Positions 12,022-25,238 are shown, numbered from the whole stretch's first letter. The stretch is DNA of 63,966 bases, filler included, from Octopus bimaculoides (GCF_001194135.2; 6 parts of 5 records of this genome joined end to end with filler, not necessarily neighbours in it), one strand, 5' to 3'. The notes: a model not told the origin generated them from the letters alone. Translations and numbers: made by a program.

Positions 12022-12225
12022 TGAGCTGGCAGAAGCGTTAGCACGCAGCACGAAATGCTTAACAGTATTTCGTCTGTCGCTACGTTTTGAGTTCAAATTC
12101 CTCTGAGGTCAACTTTCATCCTTTCGGGGTCGATAAATTAAGTACTAGTCAAACACTCGGGTCTATGCAATTGACTAGCCCCTTCTCCCTGAATTTCGGG
12201 CCTTGTGTCTTTAATAGAAAGGATT
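12022..12225 (+). mobile_element. SINE family B
   Basis: cggtgagctggcagaagcgttagcacg...ctttcatcctttcggggtcgataaattaagtac. Confidence 0.85.
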
Positions 12226-14084
12226 ATTGTTGATAGCAGCGAGGGAAGGTAGAAATGTAGAAAGCTGTACTTTGGCTATAGGTCTGCTTAATCAAGGCTA
12301 ATGTGAGACTAAGCAACAAGTTAAGTGTAGATCGAACTCATGAACAATGAGACGAGAGAATGATAACAACCTCTTCAGTTAGTCACTAAGTTATCTACAT
12401 AAATAGTTCAATAAATGCCATTATAACTTTTAATGCATATAATCTCCAATAATTGAATATTTCATAATGTAAGGTGGGTGTCAAAATTAGTCTAATTAAA
12501 ATGAAAACATTTATACCGAACTAATTAAGGAAACATTGAACCTAATTAGTTTAGTTTCAAAACGCTCATTTAAACATGCTTTCATAACAAGCCATTAATT
12601 AAAAAAAAAAACCAAAATGATAAAAATGAATAAATAAATTAGATAATGAAACATGTCAAACTCACGAAAGTGGGTTGTGAAATAACATATTTGCAAAAGG
12701 TATGACATTCAGTCGTCTGGAAACATTGACATTTCAGATTTGCATATGTCCGCTCCACTTATGTTGACGATTCGATAAATTGCTGTAAATAGTAGATATT
12801 TAAGTAGATATTGACACTAGAAGCACACAGTTAAGACTGTTTAACATTCTCTGGAGATATTAGAGGAGCTTTATAGTTATTAATAACTGAAAAAATTATA
12901 AATATGTGGTGTTATCTCGAATAATTTTATAATTCTGTAGATCGAATGCAAAATTTTAAAATAATTTCCACTGGGTTAACTTCTTTTAATGAGTCTACAT
13001 AAGTGAGATTTGCTGCTCAAAAGCGGAAAGAATTGATAAGTTACAGAATTATGTATCTGTAATGACACATCAGCTACATTTCTTATTTAATAACAATATA
13101 AACGACAGCAGACGTTCAGCTCCGTTGAAACGAAATAGCATAAATTTAAGACTTCACCTAAGTTGCACAGAGATGCAAGTGATCGGAAATAAATTAGTAT
13201 GACAGCGAATAAACGTTAGTAGTTTCTTCGAGAAATAGATTCAAGTATATTTTGGCTGGGGTGAAATTCTTGGCAAAGGTCATCGACACCGAACAAGTCA
13301 AAATAGCAAATAATGATCACCCATCGATCGATTTATTCATGAAATAGGCGACTAGTTACTTCATAGTCTCACAGCCAATTGGCGCCGAAAATAACAGTTT
13401 ACAACGGACCACTGAAGTTAAGCTGTGACCGATCAAATTAATATTCAAAAGAGTGATCGACGTTTTAAAACTTCATTTACGAAGTAATCAAATGCTTTTA
13501 ATAACTAATATTTCTCTTGAGCAGTTATATCACGTATTGAGAAAGATGTTTTGTAAGCAACAATAGTATAAAACACGTTTACAGACAGTGTGTCGCGTAA
13601 CAGCCGCACGTTTATCGCGGTTATTTCAGGTTACTCAGAAAATTCCAGGATATTAAGAAAACTTGAGTCTTTTAAACCACACCTGTGTATGTATTTTCCT
13701 TTGCAGCAAACTGCTATGTGTGTGCTTGTCTTTCTTTTAAAACAATTTTAATATTCGCTTTTCTTAAAAAGCTGATGGTAAAACGTGACAATTTTAGTGC
13801 CTTACTCATTATGCTGGGGTTAAAAAAAAAAAAATGGAAATTACTATCTAACAGATATCTCGTTAAATTCCAGATTTCGACTACTTAGAAACTGTCCCAA
13901 GCAAGTGGGAATTCAGTTGCTTGGCTGGTTTTTCATATTCCTTCGTGTTTACAGTTCCAATGTTTCATTACTAAATTTTACATAAATCGAAAGAGGGGGA
14001 AAACAGTTTTAATAACACACGTTAATTTCAAACACTGTATTGTTATAAATGCTATTCTTTGTTAATATTGCATAGTCCCTAAGA

Positions 14085-14352
14085 CAGCGAACTGGCAGAA
14101 TCGTTAGCACGGGNNNNNNNNNNNNNNNNNNNNNNNNNNNNNNNNNNNNNNNNNNNNNNNNNNNNNNNNNNNNNNNNNNNNNNNGCGGCATTTCGTCCGT
14201 CTTTACGTTCTGAGTTCAAATTCCACCGAGGTCGACTTTGCCTTTCATCCTTTCAGGGTCGATAAAATAAATACAAGTTGAGCACTGAGGTCTATGTAAT
14301 TGATTCATTCCCTTCTCCGAACTTGCTGGTCTTGTGCCAAAATTTGAAATGA
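14085..14352 (+). mobile_element. SINE family B interrupted by an assembly gap
   Basis: gcgaactggcagaatcgttagcacggg-N-gcggcatttcgtccgtc...gtgccaaaatttgaaa. Confidence 0.85.
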
Positions 14353-14659
14353 ATATTGCGTAGACCCTTATTAAGTTGGTAGTCTGCCAGACGACAAAGT
14401 GCATCCTGCGCTTCCCATAGTTCCCTATATACCGTACCTACATCTCGTTAATAAATATATCGTGCAAATGACATACACTGGCTGGTTGCATGTAGTGCAC
14501 TGTGGAAGCTGTCGATTTGTTGTTGATTGGGAGAAACTAGTTATGGCATTTATAGTGTTTCATATATTAGTCTCAAATTTTCGCACATTCCGAAGTGAAA
14601 GGCAAAGTCAACCTCTGCGCTGAAAAAAGCTATAAAATTAGAATCAATTAAATTTAGTT

Positions 14660-16190
14660 AGGAAATAGAGATAGAAGGTTCTAGAGGAGAGGGACAGCTA
14701 GCTCAGAACCTAGAAGATGGGCTCCAAGAAGGTATTGTGATTGACGTGCTAGTGACGAGATTGCTTCTTGAAAAATTCTTTAACGCTAAGCTCAAAAGTT
14801 GTGTTTTTAGAGTGAAGGCAAGAGTCGCAGAGTCGCATCGCTGCAACAAGGCTACTAGTCGGTTTTTAACGATCGGGACATATGCGTGCTACTCGTTTCC
14901 AAGTAGATGTGCGCGGATTTTCAGAGGAACTTTGCTCAATTGTTCGGGGTGGGCAGTGGTCTGGAGGTAGTAGTGGACATTACCGTCTACCTCGACTGTT
15001 AGCCATAGCTTTCGACTGGAGATGTGGAGTTTTTCGAAAAGCAACAGCTGATGGATACGGGAAGTGACGACAAGATGCACTGCTAAGAAAGAACCGAAAG
15101 AAGTGGGGAGATTTTCACAACTTCAGGCTCATAATTTAGCTAAATGCAAAGTCGACGATTTTGACTAAAGCTCAACTTAGAGGCTGGTTCTTGCCATCGA
15201 TACTTTGGTGGGTTAACTAACGGAAAGACAGTACTGTTCAATTGCTTGCGATTGGGCTTGGTTCAGACATTTAGGTGGACAAGAATTGAGAAGATGCGAC
15301 GAACAGGGTGGCTAGAGTCACACAGAAATGGACTGAAAGGAAATTACTCTGAAGAGTCGGGCGAAGGTGGCAAATGCCTACATCGCCATCGATACTCTGG
15401 TGGGTTAGCTTCAGACATGTGCCATAGCAAACAAATCTATCAACGATAAACTCCATCTCACGCTGTACATCATAGAAAGAACCTGACATGGGTGGGTCCT
15501 TGATCGATTTAGATCAGTTGAAATCTTTGGTTAGGATCGGCTATCAATTCTTGGCGTCTGTCCTGAAGGCGGTTGGTTTCGGTCCCGTCTTCTATGACTG
15601 AATCGCTGCAATGTACAGTGACATTTACTCGGTGGTCAGAATAAATGGCCACCTGTCGGAATCGCGCAGTATCATTCAGTTGGCTCGTCAAGGGTACTCC
15701 ATCTCTTCTCTTCTGAATGTACTGAATCTAGATTCAATGCTGCAGAAGTTGGAGATTTTGAGGGGTATACCGCGAGAATTAGAATGTGGAAGATTCGCGT
15801 TTGCATATTCGGTCGACGTCGCCGTAATAGTGTCGGACACCAAATGTATCGTGGTGATCTACTCTAAAGGAGTACGAAGTAGTGACAGGGGCAAAAAATT
15901 AACCAGGAGAAGTCGTTATGTCTGCAACTCAGCACCTGGCAAGGTAGGTCCAAAACATCCAACAAACGTCGTTAGCTAACGGAAAGACAGTACTGTTCAA
16001 TTGCTTGCGATTGGGCTTGGTTCAGACATTTAGGTGGACAAGAATTGAGAAGATGTGACGAACAGAGTGGCTAGAGTCACACAGAAATGGACTGAAAGTA
16101 AACTACTCTGAAGGGTCGGGCGAAGGTGGCAAATGCCTACATCGCATCGGTCATCCACTACCAACTGATCCTCCTGCCTTGCTCCGCTTC
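14660..16190 (+). mobile_element. Decayed L1/Tx1-clade LINE ORF2 (RT region)
   Basis: Frameshifted translation gives QTCAIANKSINDKLHL.../MGGSLIDLDQLKSLVRIGYQFLASVLKAVGFGPVF/INGHLSE...RQGYSISSLL...AYSVDVAV/LKGRAKVANAYIASVIHY, matching L1/Tx1 RT motifs (LDQxKAFDR, RQGCPLSPLL, AYADD, SLKGR). Confidence 0.85.
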
Positions 16191-16829
16191 ATGTCTGACC
16201 AGAAAGAAGCGCACATGGGCTTTAATTACGGAAGTCTTATTGAAACCTTCAATCTAAATTAATTATTTCCAATTAGAAGATGGCAATGAAATATTTGACT
16301 TTATAACAGTAATAGAAACTGAATTTTACTTTATAATAATACTGTTCACATTAATACACACACACACACACAGACACACACACACACACACACACAGACA
16401 TACACGCGCGCGCACACACACGTGCGCACACACAAAGCATAAAGTAGGAGTTATGAGAGGTGAATATAGATTTACTTAACCAAATGACTTCCATAGCGTT
16501 ACAGCCGTTTTGCAACCATCTTCATATATTAATTTCAGCATGCGAGAACTTATGCATACATGTTTGCGTTAATGCGAGGCATTATACAAAGCAATTTTAT
16601 ATTCAAAGAAAGGTAGCTAATCAGATCACCAACATATCTTGGTTACATTAACAGTTAAACCTTAAGTAGGAGGAGCTTACTGAATTAGCCACACGATTCT
16701 TTGAATCCATATCTTTGCATTCCTTGAAGAAAATGATATGCTGACTGATAGCATAATTTTCAACCAAGTAGAAGCTGTCAGACACAGCTCTTACAGTACT
16801 ACAACAAAGTGTTAAAGCAGCTGATCAAC

Positions 16830-17290
16830 AACTCAAATGTGGACGGATATATCTCGCCTTTGTAAATGCTTTAGGTAAAATTGACCATGGTACGGTTTGC
16901 TACAAGCTGCGTGATCTCAGCATAATCGGAAAACTTGGAGAGTGGCTACACGACTTTTTAAAAGATAGAAGTCAGGCGATGGAGCAACTTCTCAGGAAAT
17001 ACAGAAATTAAGTGGCGTCCACAGGATACTATCTCAGGGACACTGCTAATTATAATGGCCCTCTCAGACATGCCGCTAGCTGCACAGATACCCACCCTTG
17101 CTAGCTATGCAGACGATACAAAAGTCTCCCAAAGAATAAAAAGCCTTGGAGATGTTGGACACCTGCAACATGAGTTGGACGCAATATACAGATGGATTGA
17201 GGACAATAATATGCGGTTTAATGCTGGAAAATTCCAAGCCCTATGCTACTAGCACACAAACCTGAATAAAATGCATACTGGCCAAGGATA
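16830..17290 (+). mobile_element. CR1/L2-like LINE RT fragment
   Basis: LASYADDTKVSQRIKSLGDVGHLQHELDAIYRWIEDNNMRFNAGKFQALCY; the 5' part is homologous to 21640-21915. Confidence 0.9.
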
Positions 17291-17393
17291 GATTGCAATC
17301 CTTGAATCAACATCAGTGTACGACTTTACCTTTCATCTTTTCGGGATCGATAAAATAAGTACTCTCCAATTCCAGGCCTTGTGCCTATAATAG

Positions 17394-17394
<1 letters not shown>

Positions 17395-17424
<30 letters not shown>

Positions 17425-17545
17425 CTTCTTCTTCTTCTTCTTCTTCTTCTTCTTCTTCTTCTTCTTCTTCTTCTTCTTCTTCTTCTTCTTCTTCTTCTTC
17501 TTCTTCTTCTTCTTCTTCTTCTTCTTCTTCTTCTTCTTCTTCTTC
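17395..17545. repeat. Pure (TTC/GAA)n, about 50 units
   Basis: Seen directly in the sequence. Confidence 0.98.
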
Positions 17546-17975
17546 AGGCGGCAAGCTGGCTGAATCTTGGAGCACCATTGGACAAACCACTTAACGGTGT
17601 TTCTTCCGGCTCTTTACGTTCTGAGTTCGAATTCCATCGAGGCTGACTTTGCCTTTCATTTTTCAAAGTTCGATAAAAAGAGTAGCAGTGAAGTACTGGG
17701 ATCGATGTGATCGATTTTCGCTGCCCATCAAAAATGCTGGCTTTGTACAAAAATTAGAAATAATTATCATTATTAATAAAGGGGCGAGCTGGCTAAATTG
17801 TTAACACGCCGGATAAAATGCTTAGCTGAATTTCTGGTATTACGTTCTTTATTTAAATACCTCTGAGGTTGGCTTTGCTTTTCATTTTTTTTGGTTCGAT
17901 AAACTAAGTACGAGTTGAGTACAGGTACTCCTTCTTCCCAAAATTTCAGGCGTTGTGCCTATAGTAGAAAGCATT
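17546..17975 (+). mobile_element. Two tandem SINE family B copies
   Basis: Heads aggcggcaagctggctgaatc (17546) and aaggggcgagctggctaaattg (about 17779). Confidence 0.85.
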
Positions 17976-19060
17976 ATTATTGTTATTGTTACAATGACTA
18001 GAGTAACGACGTCGATGATATTAAAAACAAAATTGCCTGTAACTGTCGCTAAATAAAATTTTATGGTATGGAATATAATTTGTTATCTGTAGTATTTTTG
18101 TGAGAATCTTCTCGTCTAAATATTGAAATATGAAATATTTTCAAGTTCGTTTTATTTACAATTCTTTAATTTAAAATTAAATTTGAATATTTGAAATAAT
18201 CCTATCTCCAGGCGAATTGTTTCGCCGCTTTTGTTCATGTACATGGCCATAATTTTGATTCATATAAATCTAAATACAAAATCAGTTCTTTGAATAGTTT
18301 ACTGGAATCAAGAGCAAGACAGTTGTTTAAGATTTGTTCTACTGGATTTCGAGATGGTTGTACAAATTTCGATATTTACTAACAAGTAAAGCTTGATGGT
18401 CTTTGATAGTGTTGTTTGTTTTCTTTGCACCCGAATTCATTGCCGATACAAATTTAACGATACCATCTGCATCGCCAATATAAATGCAAAAGAAATCGGT
18501 TGTTAAAAATCTCTTAACGAAATGTCTCGAAGAAAATCGAGTGTTTTAATATTTATAATTAACCAAGACATTGCTTCTTGCTTATGAGAAAGGAGTAGTT
18601 ATTCTGATTTATGTGAATGTCAATATAAAATAGATAATCATCATAAAAGATGATGTCTACGATTGCCAGTATAAATTTAAAGCTATCGCAATTATACTTA
18701 AGTATATATGTATATGTGTACGTGACTTTCACTTTTCAAGAGATTTTCGTACCGCACCAGAATACCTTGTAATGGTGGCAGTTCGGTAGTGTTGGTAATG
18801 CCAATCATTAGTAATTGCAGTGGAGTCCTCAGTAAATGGCTTTACTATGCTAAAATATTTAAGTACTGGTTCGTACGTAGAAAACATGACAAGTCGTCAA
18901 ATGGCTCTTTTGAATTCCCACTAATCTACGTACCTGCGTGTTTAAGCTATTGATCAAAATCAGTAATTTTAGTGACTATTTCAAAGTAGCAGAAGATTAA
19001 ACAATAAATCCCCCCGCCATAAACGCAAATAACCACTACCACCATTTACAACATAATGTG

Positions 19061-19293
19061 AAAGAAGAAGAAAAGAAGACAAAGAAGACAAAGAGGAAGA
19101 CAAAAAAGAAGAAGGAGGAAAAGAAGAATAAGAAGAGGAAAAGGAGAAGAGGTGGAAAAGAAGAAGAAGAAGGAGGAGAAGAAGAAGAAGAAGAAGAGGA
19201 GGAGGAGGAGGAGGAAAAGAAGAAGAAGAAAGAGGAGGAGAAGAAGAGGAGGAAAAGAAGAAGAAGAAGAAGAAGAAGAAGAAGAAGAAGAAG
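19061..19293. repeat. Compound purine-rich (GAA/GGA) low-complexity tract
   Basis: Seen directly; explains the poly-E/K/R and poly-L/S ORFs in the track. Confidence 0.95.
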
Positions 19294-20149
19294 AGCCACA
19301 GTAAAAACTACATTTACGATATTGGAAAATGACGCAGATGGCTTTACTTTCCAGCCTCCGGCATTTTAAAGTAATTATTTAAATTGCTTGATGGTGAGAA
19401 GTTCAAGGCATAATTTCAAATGAACTTGAAGTTAATCGTGTAGAAATTCTTGCTTATTTGATGGACAGAGGAAGTGTCAGCGATAACCGATACTTCCCGC
19501 ATTTAGCCCTGTCAGCAGCACTGACCACAGATTGTTATTTATCTCCAGAAGTATAAAGATTGCTTCATCTTACACTTGACTTAATTGGTCAGAAGAACAG
19601 ATAAATATAAAAGTCTGCATTTACTTTCCTCTTATATAATGCATACACACACGTATTTTCATGCACACGCATACATATATGTGTGTTGCAAATGTTTATG
19701 AATGTTGTATAGAAACAAAAATGTATGTGATTATAACTACATATGTACATATACGTTTCCTAATATGATGCATATACATATATGTATATATATANNNNNN
19801 NNNNNNNNNNNNNNNNNNNNNNNNNNNNNTAATATCAGGGAAATAAAAATTTTAGAAATTTCTACTACCTGTGGCCTAGTGTGTAGAAAAATTAGTCAAT
19901 AGACTATATATTATTCATATAAATACAGTGTACATTTAAACACATAAGTGGTGTCCGTCATAGGATTCCTGGCACGCTAGAAGGAACAGCCAAAATCCGA
20001 ACCACTATTAGGGATAAACCTCGAAGGGAATGAAAAATGTTTTTTATTTTTCATTATTTTTCAAACCTTCGCTGTATCACTAATCAGATAGATTTAGAAG
20101 GACACAAGTCAGTTTACTTTTTTTTTGTCTTGGAAAATCTCATCATTTA

Positions 20150-21600
20150 GAAACTTTAATGCAAATCTTTTTTCACATAGGACAAATGAAAATCTGTAAC
20201 CTGGATACATGCACTATCAGTTTCTTGTAACTTCACCTAAGAGATTCTATTTTTGCCCCCGACTTTAGCTGAGACATTCACACCCACCGAATAGCTGACC
20301 CCTAAAATAGTATATAAATTTTGTTCTCTGTTCCATAGAACAATATCAGGACAGCTGTTTTTATAGGAATATTCCAACAATAATATATATATACCTTTAA
20401 AGTTGGGGGTACAGTTTAGTTCTTTCGTGCGCTTGTTAAGCTTAGCACTGTAAATTGTTTTGGCAACGATGTCATGTCTCATAAGAAGGTCGTACTTTGC
20501 TGATAATATTTGACGGCTGCCGACTGTGTGAATATCCTCTACACTGGTATGGCACAACCACCATTTTCTATTACAGCGAGAAGATTTGAAGGTATTTTAT
20601 TCTTCTGATCGACCAGGAAAATAGTGATTTTTCCTTGATCCTTCTAGGTTGGGTGTGATGCTTTTATGTCAGGTGAAGGAGATGCTTCCCATCCAGTCAA
20701 AGTTGGTATCTAACCTATGGGACATACACCTTTGTATAACTCTCTACTGATATATTGAGTGTTTCTTCATTAGGTTTCTGTTTAAGTAAGTTAAACTAGT
20801 TACCTTTGGTACACATTTAAGCGCTGTGCACAGAGTGCCAATTCACGAGTTCTTCACCAACTCGCATAATGTAATTTTTTTACCACTACTGAATCAGATA
20901 AGATGTATTATTTTCCCCTTTACTCTTCACTAGTTTTATCTGAGTGATAAGATACAGCTTCAAAGGCCGCTTGAACTGGCATTATGCCTCTACTTCAGCC
21001 CCCACCCCACCGCTTAGAATACATCCAGTCAATGTCAATATTGATATTGAGCTTACCAGTAGAGATTAGTATCTTCCTTATCTTAATGTGAAAGTTATAG
21101 ATCTCTTCAAGTGTCTATTCTATCTCGAATGTTTGTACTATCATTATTGAATGCTCGTAGCACTGACTTCCATATATTCCGTAGCTTGTTAAAATATTCC
21201 TTTATTTCTCTAATCAATGAATGTAATATTCTTGTCACTTCCAAGAATTTGTTGCATTCATCATTAGAGATTGGGGAGACAGACATCCCAATAATGTTCC
21301 AAGTATGGACAACAATCTTTCATCGATTGACTACTAAATATGAAACGCTATTCTGGCCAAATCTATTCCTGTGTCTCGTGAGAATATTCTGACCAGTACT
21401 TACTGTCTCTTGCTGTTATAAATAGAACTTGAATACAGCTTAGCGTCATTCACAAGTTGTAGGAAACATTAGTTTTTCTCTCTTCTGTAAATCCTAACTT
21501 GTAGCTTTTAAATTTCTTCACCATAGATGAGAAAGGGTTCACTACTAGAATAAAAAGAATTGCAGACAAGAATGTTACCTTGAAATAATCTTGTCGATAA
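20150..21600 (-). mobile_element. Old decayed RLE-type non-LTR retrotransposon (R4/NeSL-like)
   Basis: ORF 20237-20557 has RHDIVAKTIY and CPDIVLWNRE...VSYSVGVNVSAK (zinc knuckle/RHD followed by the PD-(D/E)xK endonuclease); upstream sequence gives degenerate RT and GGRGL-like motifs. Confidence 0.7.
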
Positions 21601-21639
21601 CTTAATTCTGTTTTTGACTATAATAGTTAGTTCAGGTCT

Positions 21640-21915
21640 TATCGAGTTTGGACCATGTAATAGTGCCCTGTGGAACACCGTTCATTATTTGTGTTTTCAT
21701 AGAGGTGGCTCCATTAGCCACTACTGCCTGACTTCTATCTTTCAGAAAGTCATGTAACCACTCTCCAAGTTTTCCAGCTATGCCAAGATCACGCAGTTTG
21801 TGGCATATCACACCATGATCCACTTTGTCAAAAGCTTTTGCAAAATCAAGGTATATTACGTCCACATTTGAGTTGTTGAGTAACTGCCTCAACACCCAGT
21901 CATAATGTTGTAATG
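21640..21915 (-). mobile_element. CR1/L2-like LINE RT fragment
   Basis: VDVIYLDFAKAFDKVDHGVICHKLRDLGIAGKLGEWLHDFLKDRSQAVVANG...GVPQG. Confidence 0.95.
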
Positions 21916-22294
21916 TATATATATATATATATATATATNNNNNNNNNNNNNNNNNNNNNNNNNNNNNNNNNNNNNNNNNNNNNNNNNNNNNNNNNNNNNN
22001 NNNNNNNNNNNNNNNNNNNNNNNNNNNNNNNNNNNNNNNNNNNNNNNNNNNNNNNNNNNNNNNNNNNNNNNNNNNNNNNNNNNNNNNNNNNNNNNNNNNN
22101 NNNNNNNNNNNNNNNNNNNNNNNNNNNNNNNNNNNNNNNNNNNNNNNNNNNNNNNNNNNNNNNNNNNNNNNNNNNNNNNNNNNNNNNNNNNNNNNNNNNN
22201 NNNNNNNNNNNNNNNNNNNNNNNNNNNNNNNNNNNNNNNNNNNNNNNNNNNNNNNNNNNNNNNNNNNNNNNNNNNNNNNNNNNNNNNNNNNNNN

Positions 22295-22640
22295 TAGGGC
22301 AGCGGACTCACGGTCATAGGATCGCGGTTTCGATTCCCAGCCCGGGCGTTGTGAGTGTTTATTGAGCGAAAACACCTAAAAGCTCCACGAGGCTCCGGCA
22401 GGGGATGGTGCACCACAACTTTCTCTCACTCTTTCTTCCTGTTTCTGTTGTGCCTGTAATTCAAAGGGTCAGCCTTGTCACACACTGTGTCACGCTGAAT
22501 ATCCCCGAGAACTATGTTAAGAGTACACGTGTCTGTGGAGTGCTCAGCCACTTGCACGCTAATTCCACGAGCAGGCTGTTCCGTTGATGGGATCAACTGG
22601 AACCCTTGTCGTCGTAAGTGATGGAGTGCCAACAACAACA
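22295..22640 (+). mobile_element. tRNA-head SINE, head truncated by gap
   Basis: tagggcagcggactcacggtcataggatcgcggtttcgattccc (B-box-like); tail shared with 438-540 and 61531-61680; ends in (CAA)n. Confidence 0.85.
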
Positions 22641-22641
22641 A

Positions 22642-22707
<66 letters not shown>

Positions 22708-23492
22708 CATGCGCACACGCGTATATGTGCATATATATATATATATATATGAATAAATTGAACCTGCCGTTTGATGCCTTCGATTAATATTAGAAATCAG
22801 TAATTATTTCTTGGTATAAGGCTACAACTTCTTGAGGGAAGTTGTAATGTATTGCATGGACCCTAACGCTTGAGTGGTATTGATATTACAGATTCAGAAA
22901 ATTAAAAGGCAAGTAACCAAATATCCAAAATTAGTGTTCGACCCTCTACCGATGTTATTGATAAATATTAAACTTCCTGTTGGTTGAATGCAGGAAATAC
23001 CTTCGATTTCCAGCTGTAGTTGTCTTCTTCCTCTTACATCATTAATGCAGTTGCGAAATATCTCAATGTTGCACTACTTCATCTTCAATAACTACCGGGA
23101 CAAAATACAGGAGAGCGAAATCCATGACAGAACGAGACGCTGAGAAATAGGGCTTTGTTATTGGTGTTGTTTATTAATTCAAAGACTGATGTCATCAAGC
23201 AGACCTTTAATCAAAGATATATTTTCTCCAATGTATTTATGCACTTTTAAGATGTTAGGGTGGGATTTGAGGGAAACGTACGCTATTTCGAGCAGTATTT
23301 TAGTTGTATGGTTCTATGATGATATTTTCTGTTATATTGAATGAATTGATGTAAACAATGTAACGCTAATTTTGACGCATGGCTGAATCTTGTTTGAGGC
23401 TTCAGCTTTCTGTTTAAATCATATAACGATCGACTTTTCATCTATTGATTCGAATAAAAATAACTAACAGAAATAAATTGGATAGTGTACTG

Positions 23493-23525
<33 letters not shown>

Positions 23526-24544
23526 GTCCCTTGTCAGTCTGATCTGTGACCTTCCAGTATTTTCTCAACCGTGACGCTCCGATATTTTTCTCAGTCGTGG
23601 AATCCACGTTCACATTATCCAATGAGTCCAAGACAACATGGTGTTACTTGAGGTAGATTTTGTTGCTATTTCTTGCATGTCAATAATCTGTGTAGAGAAT
23701 CTCTTGTTACCAGTGGGTTTATAGTAACGGTACAGAGTTCACAAATTTCTTCAAGTATTTAGTTCTTTCCGCAATCGACTTTGAGTTTCATTGACTGTTA
23801 TCGATGAATTAAGTGCCAGTAGTACACTGAGGAGTAGGGTTGTTTAATTGAACGTGTTTTCTCTCTTTTGTGTGTAGGAAAACTTTTCTCAAGTGAATAG
23901 AAATCAATAGACAGAGCTAATTTAAGCTGTTAACCTCCTCAATAAATAGATACCATGTCTAGACAACAGAAATTATTATTCTATTCTTGAAAAAATAAAT
24001 TAATAATTGCAGAAAATAAATGTGTAAAATAATAATAAACTAGTAGTTTCCAGCAGTTTAGTTAGAGCATCAGACAAAATGCCTTGCGGTACATAATTTC
24101 GAAAACTTTATGTATTGAATTCAAATCCAGCGTAGGTCAATTTTATCTTTTATCCTTCTGACGTCTATAGACAAAATAGATATCAGTCAAGTGTCAGAGG
24201 CGGTTTAATTAACTGAATTCCCTAAACTTTTTCAAGAGTTTATGATTGAGAACCTTGACCGAATCTTCTTGGTATCTTCAGGCTAAAATTGACGATTTTC
24301 TATGTCTTCTTTTTATCATGTATAGTTTGATGGGTGAACAGTCAACGGCGTTGGATAGTATAAGGATTAAAGTTGTGAGAAGAAGTTAGCTGACATGGAG
24401 GACTGGAAGTCATCCGAATATTGGAAAAATTTACCTGTATCATGATGATTCGTGCATCATGACTGCCACTCATTGCTTACCTGTATCATGATGCCGACAT
24501 CATGACTGCCACTCATTGCTCTGTGAACACTGTACATGCTGTGG

Positions 24545-25095
24545 CGTGGACAGCTGCAACGGAGACTACGAAATCAAATTGTGATGGTCTTTAGGTGTTT
24601 CTCCAGTGTGGGTGACGTCATGCTAATCCACATCTTTGAACAGGTCTTTAAACTCAATTCAGACAAAATCTGACTGGAGAGGGTTGCCGCCGTACGTGTG
24701 GCAGCAGGATTCGACTCCAGAGGGAGTCAGAAATGGTTATTAGAGAAATTTTACGACTTCCCCAACTCCGATTTCTGGCCTCGTAATTCCTCCATGCAAT
24801 CCCATGGATTACTATGTGTGAGGCGCAGTTGAAAATGGCACGAACCGCTCTGACTATAATACCAAGGCCGAGCTGATGGCCAAGAAGTGCTCCAAGATCT
24901 TTCCAGAGATACAACGTGGAAAGCATGAGCCAGGTTTCAGGCCATAGTAGAAGCTGAGAGCGGCTTCTTTGATTAAACTGCTATCTCTCAGCCATTATCT
25001 AGTTGGTATTTTTTGATCTTTTAAAAAGTACTTTTAATTTTGGACGAGATATTTTCTCTTCTTTTGATGTAAACTGTCAAATTTAACCCGAACAC
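24545..25095 (+). mobile_element. Tc1/mariner transposase C-terminal relic
   Basis: Translates with frameshifts to PYVWQQDSTP...SQKWLLEKFYDF...FWPRNSS..NPMDYYV (QQDxAP and WPxxSPDLNPMDY-like motifs). Confidence 0.75.
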
Positions 25096-25138
25096 CACAC
25101 ACACATATATATATGTATGCATGTATATATATATATAT

Positions 25139-25238
25139 NNNNNNNNNNNNNNNNNNNNNNNNNNNNNNNNNNNNNNNNNNNNTTAATTAATTAANNNNNN
25201 NNNNNNNNNNNNNNNNNNNNNNNNNNNNNNNNNNNNNN
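25139..25238. other. Artificial scaffold-join linker (44 N + TTAATTAATTAA + 44 N)
   Basis: Identical 100-bp construct also at 34964-35063, 53871-53970, 57539-57638 and 61431-61530; the 12-mer gives stops in all six frames. Confidence 0.95.

Noticed and set aside
23059-23159. Minus-strand segment with strong acceptor and donor
   Set aside because: Stops in all three frames; could only be a non-coding exon and has no other support.
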